From: the human T2T-CHM13v2.0 reference genome, Homo sapiens
Reading direction: 5' to 3' (one strand)
Assembly (NCBI RefSeq): GCF_009914755.1
Contig: NC_060927.1
DNA length: 64,000 nt
A model generated the notes under the pieces. That model searched no databases, was not told the origin of the DNA, and saw only the letters and a list, made by a program, of their open reading frames with translations. This document shows positions 49,981-64,000 of the stretch, piece by piece. Within the stretch, counting starts at the first letter, position 1; every line of letters starts with the position of its first letter. The translations under genes were made by a program, and so were the position numbers.

Positions 49981-50259
49981 CTTAGAGACTATCACAGGAT
50001 AGCTGTTCACCTGACTTCCCTGGTCAGGTAAACTTAGGAAAATTCTCAACTTCTTCGGGAATGAGGACTTGAAAATATATTATCACAAATTCATAATCTG
50101 GGGGCTGTGATCAGTCTCCTAAAAACTTGCTCACCTCCACATTACCCTGAATATTTTCCAGAATTTGCATGGAAAATTATGGGCCTCCTTATTTTTTAAT
50201 TCCTTGCTTTCAGTTCTTTCTTAATGTTATTGTTATGAAACAATACTCGCTTTTTAAAA

Positions 50260-52195
<1,936 letters not shown>

Positions 52196-52206
52196 AATTT
52201 GTCCCA

Positions 52207-58507
<6,301 letters not shown>

Positions 58508-59030
58508 ACCCAGTTTATCAGATTTAGCCAGTGGGAACGTCTCCAAACTGGCTGGTGGGTTCTTATAACACGGTCCATCAGTATTTGAGCTATACGTATA
58601 TTGTGGCACAGCAGCATGTACTAGGTTCATCTCATACTCTCCTTCCCCTGACATGGAATCAGCCATTTCTCCTGGAAGCCCTGGTTCCTATTATTCGGGA
58701 ACTGCGTTTAAAAACTAAAGTCTGAATGATGGGTATACGTCTCCTTCTTTAAAAATATAAAATGTTTTATCAAAGACATTTTTAATGAACTAAAAAGGTA
58801 AGACTTTAGAATTTCTAATGAACTAAAAAGATATGACTTCAGAATTTTATTCATAGGCGTAAAATATGAGCTAGGATGCCATGGACTTCAAAAAGTACTT
58901 TTTTTGATTTTGGTGGTCTTGAAAGCATTGGAAACTAGGAGTTATTTTATTGTAAACATAGACTTGACCTTAGACTTTTATGAATATGATAACTTATTAC
59001 TGTAGTGAAGACTTTGAAAAACATACCCAA

Positions 59031-60208
<1,178 letters not shown>

Positions 60209-60284
60209 TTATAATGATTTCAGATAAATGAGTCTTGCACTTAAAATACTGAATCTAGCAGTAATAGACTTCTAGAGTTTAATA

Positions 60285-60500
60285 ATAATAATTTAAGTGC
60301 TTATTACATGCCAGACACTGTGTAGTCAGCACCTTTACATATATTTCTTCACTTGATCTTATTAGCCCATTGAGGTAAACATTATTCTACATTTTAAAAA
60401 GAGAGAAGTAAAGCTCAGAGATGTTAACCAACTCACTAAAGACCATATAGCAAATAAAGGATTCTAATTCTAAAGTTCATGCCCTTAACCGCAACATCAC
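60285..60500 (-). mobile_element. MIR
   Basis: Degenerate MIR core. Confidence 0.7.
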
Positions 60501-60861
60501 AATATCTCAGCACTATTAGCAATTTAATTAAGGTGGAATGAGCATAAGAGTTACATTGTAAGAGTTGCCTAAAAAGCATAGTAAAGGAAAGCAGCTTAAG
60601 AGTTGAAAAATGGCATGATAGCATAGGCCTGAAATATGATCCTAAAGTTAAGAACCATGTCTTGTCTATTGACTTTCAGAACATTCTATTTTTCTCGGTC
60701 ACTACTGGTGCTACCAGACCTCAGACCCTCAGTTCTGCATTAATGCATCTCAGTCCTGGATTGTCTACAGAGCAGAAAGGATACTCTTTCTTCTGAAGAA
60801 AATTGTATTTCTTCTTTTTAGCTTTGATCTTTGTCAAAAATTCTACCTATTTAAAGAATCA

Positions 60862-60914
60862 GGCTGCTTTGGGCACACTGCCTGTGGGGTAGCCCTGCTC
60901 CAAAAGGAGCGGTT
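60862..60914 (+). other. 53-nt two-hairpin retroposed RNA fragment (probably MER41/MER66-type LTR R-region)
   Basis: Two stems, A-rich tail, TSD agaatca at 60855-60861 and 61612-61618. Confidence 0.6.
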
Positions 60915-60929
60915 AAAAAGAAGGAAAGG

Positions 60930-61611
<682 letters not shown>

Positions 61612-61639
61612 AGAATCAATTAGTTCTCAAAAAATTTTA

Positions 61640-64000
<2,361 letters not shown>

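Overview
Human/hominid genomic DNA. A near-perfect AluYg6 points to human. The window is dominated by repeats: about 70 Alus, nested L1s of several ages, two internally deleted ERV1 proviruses, solo LTRs, MIR/L2 and DNA transposons. There is no intact protein-coding gene, and nearly all ORF-track entries are Alu, L1 or low-complexity artefacts. Retrocopies include an RPL32 processed pseudogene, a BC200-like copy and a 53-nt two-hairpin RNA. Main finding: the AT-rich, repeat-poor islands contain minus-strand exon remnants with canonical splice sites between about 43009 and 4805. Their translations fall collinear with motifs of the RGSL1/RGS22 family of atypical RGS-domain proteins and carry many stops and frameshifts. 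This looks like a heavily decayed, multi-exon RGSL1-like pseudogene. The family assignment comes from by-eye comparison with remembered sequences and needs a database check. Repeat subfamily names are also from recalled consensus features, and repeat coordinates are approximate.
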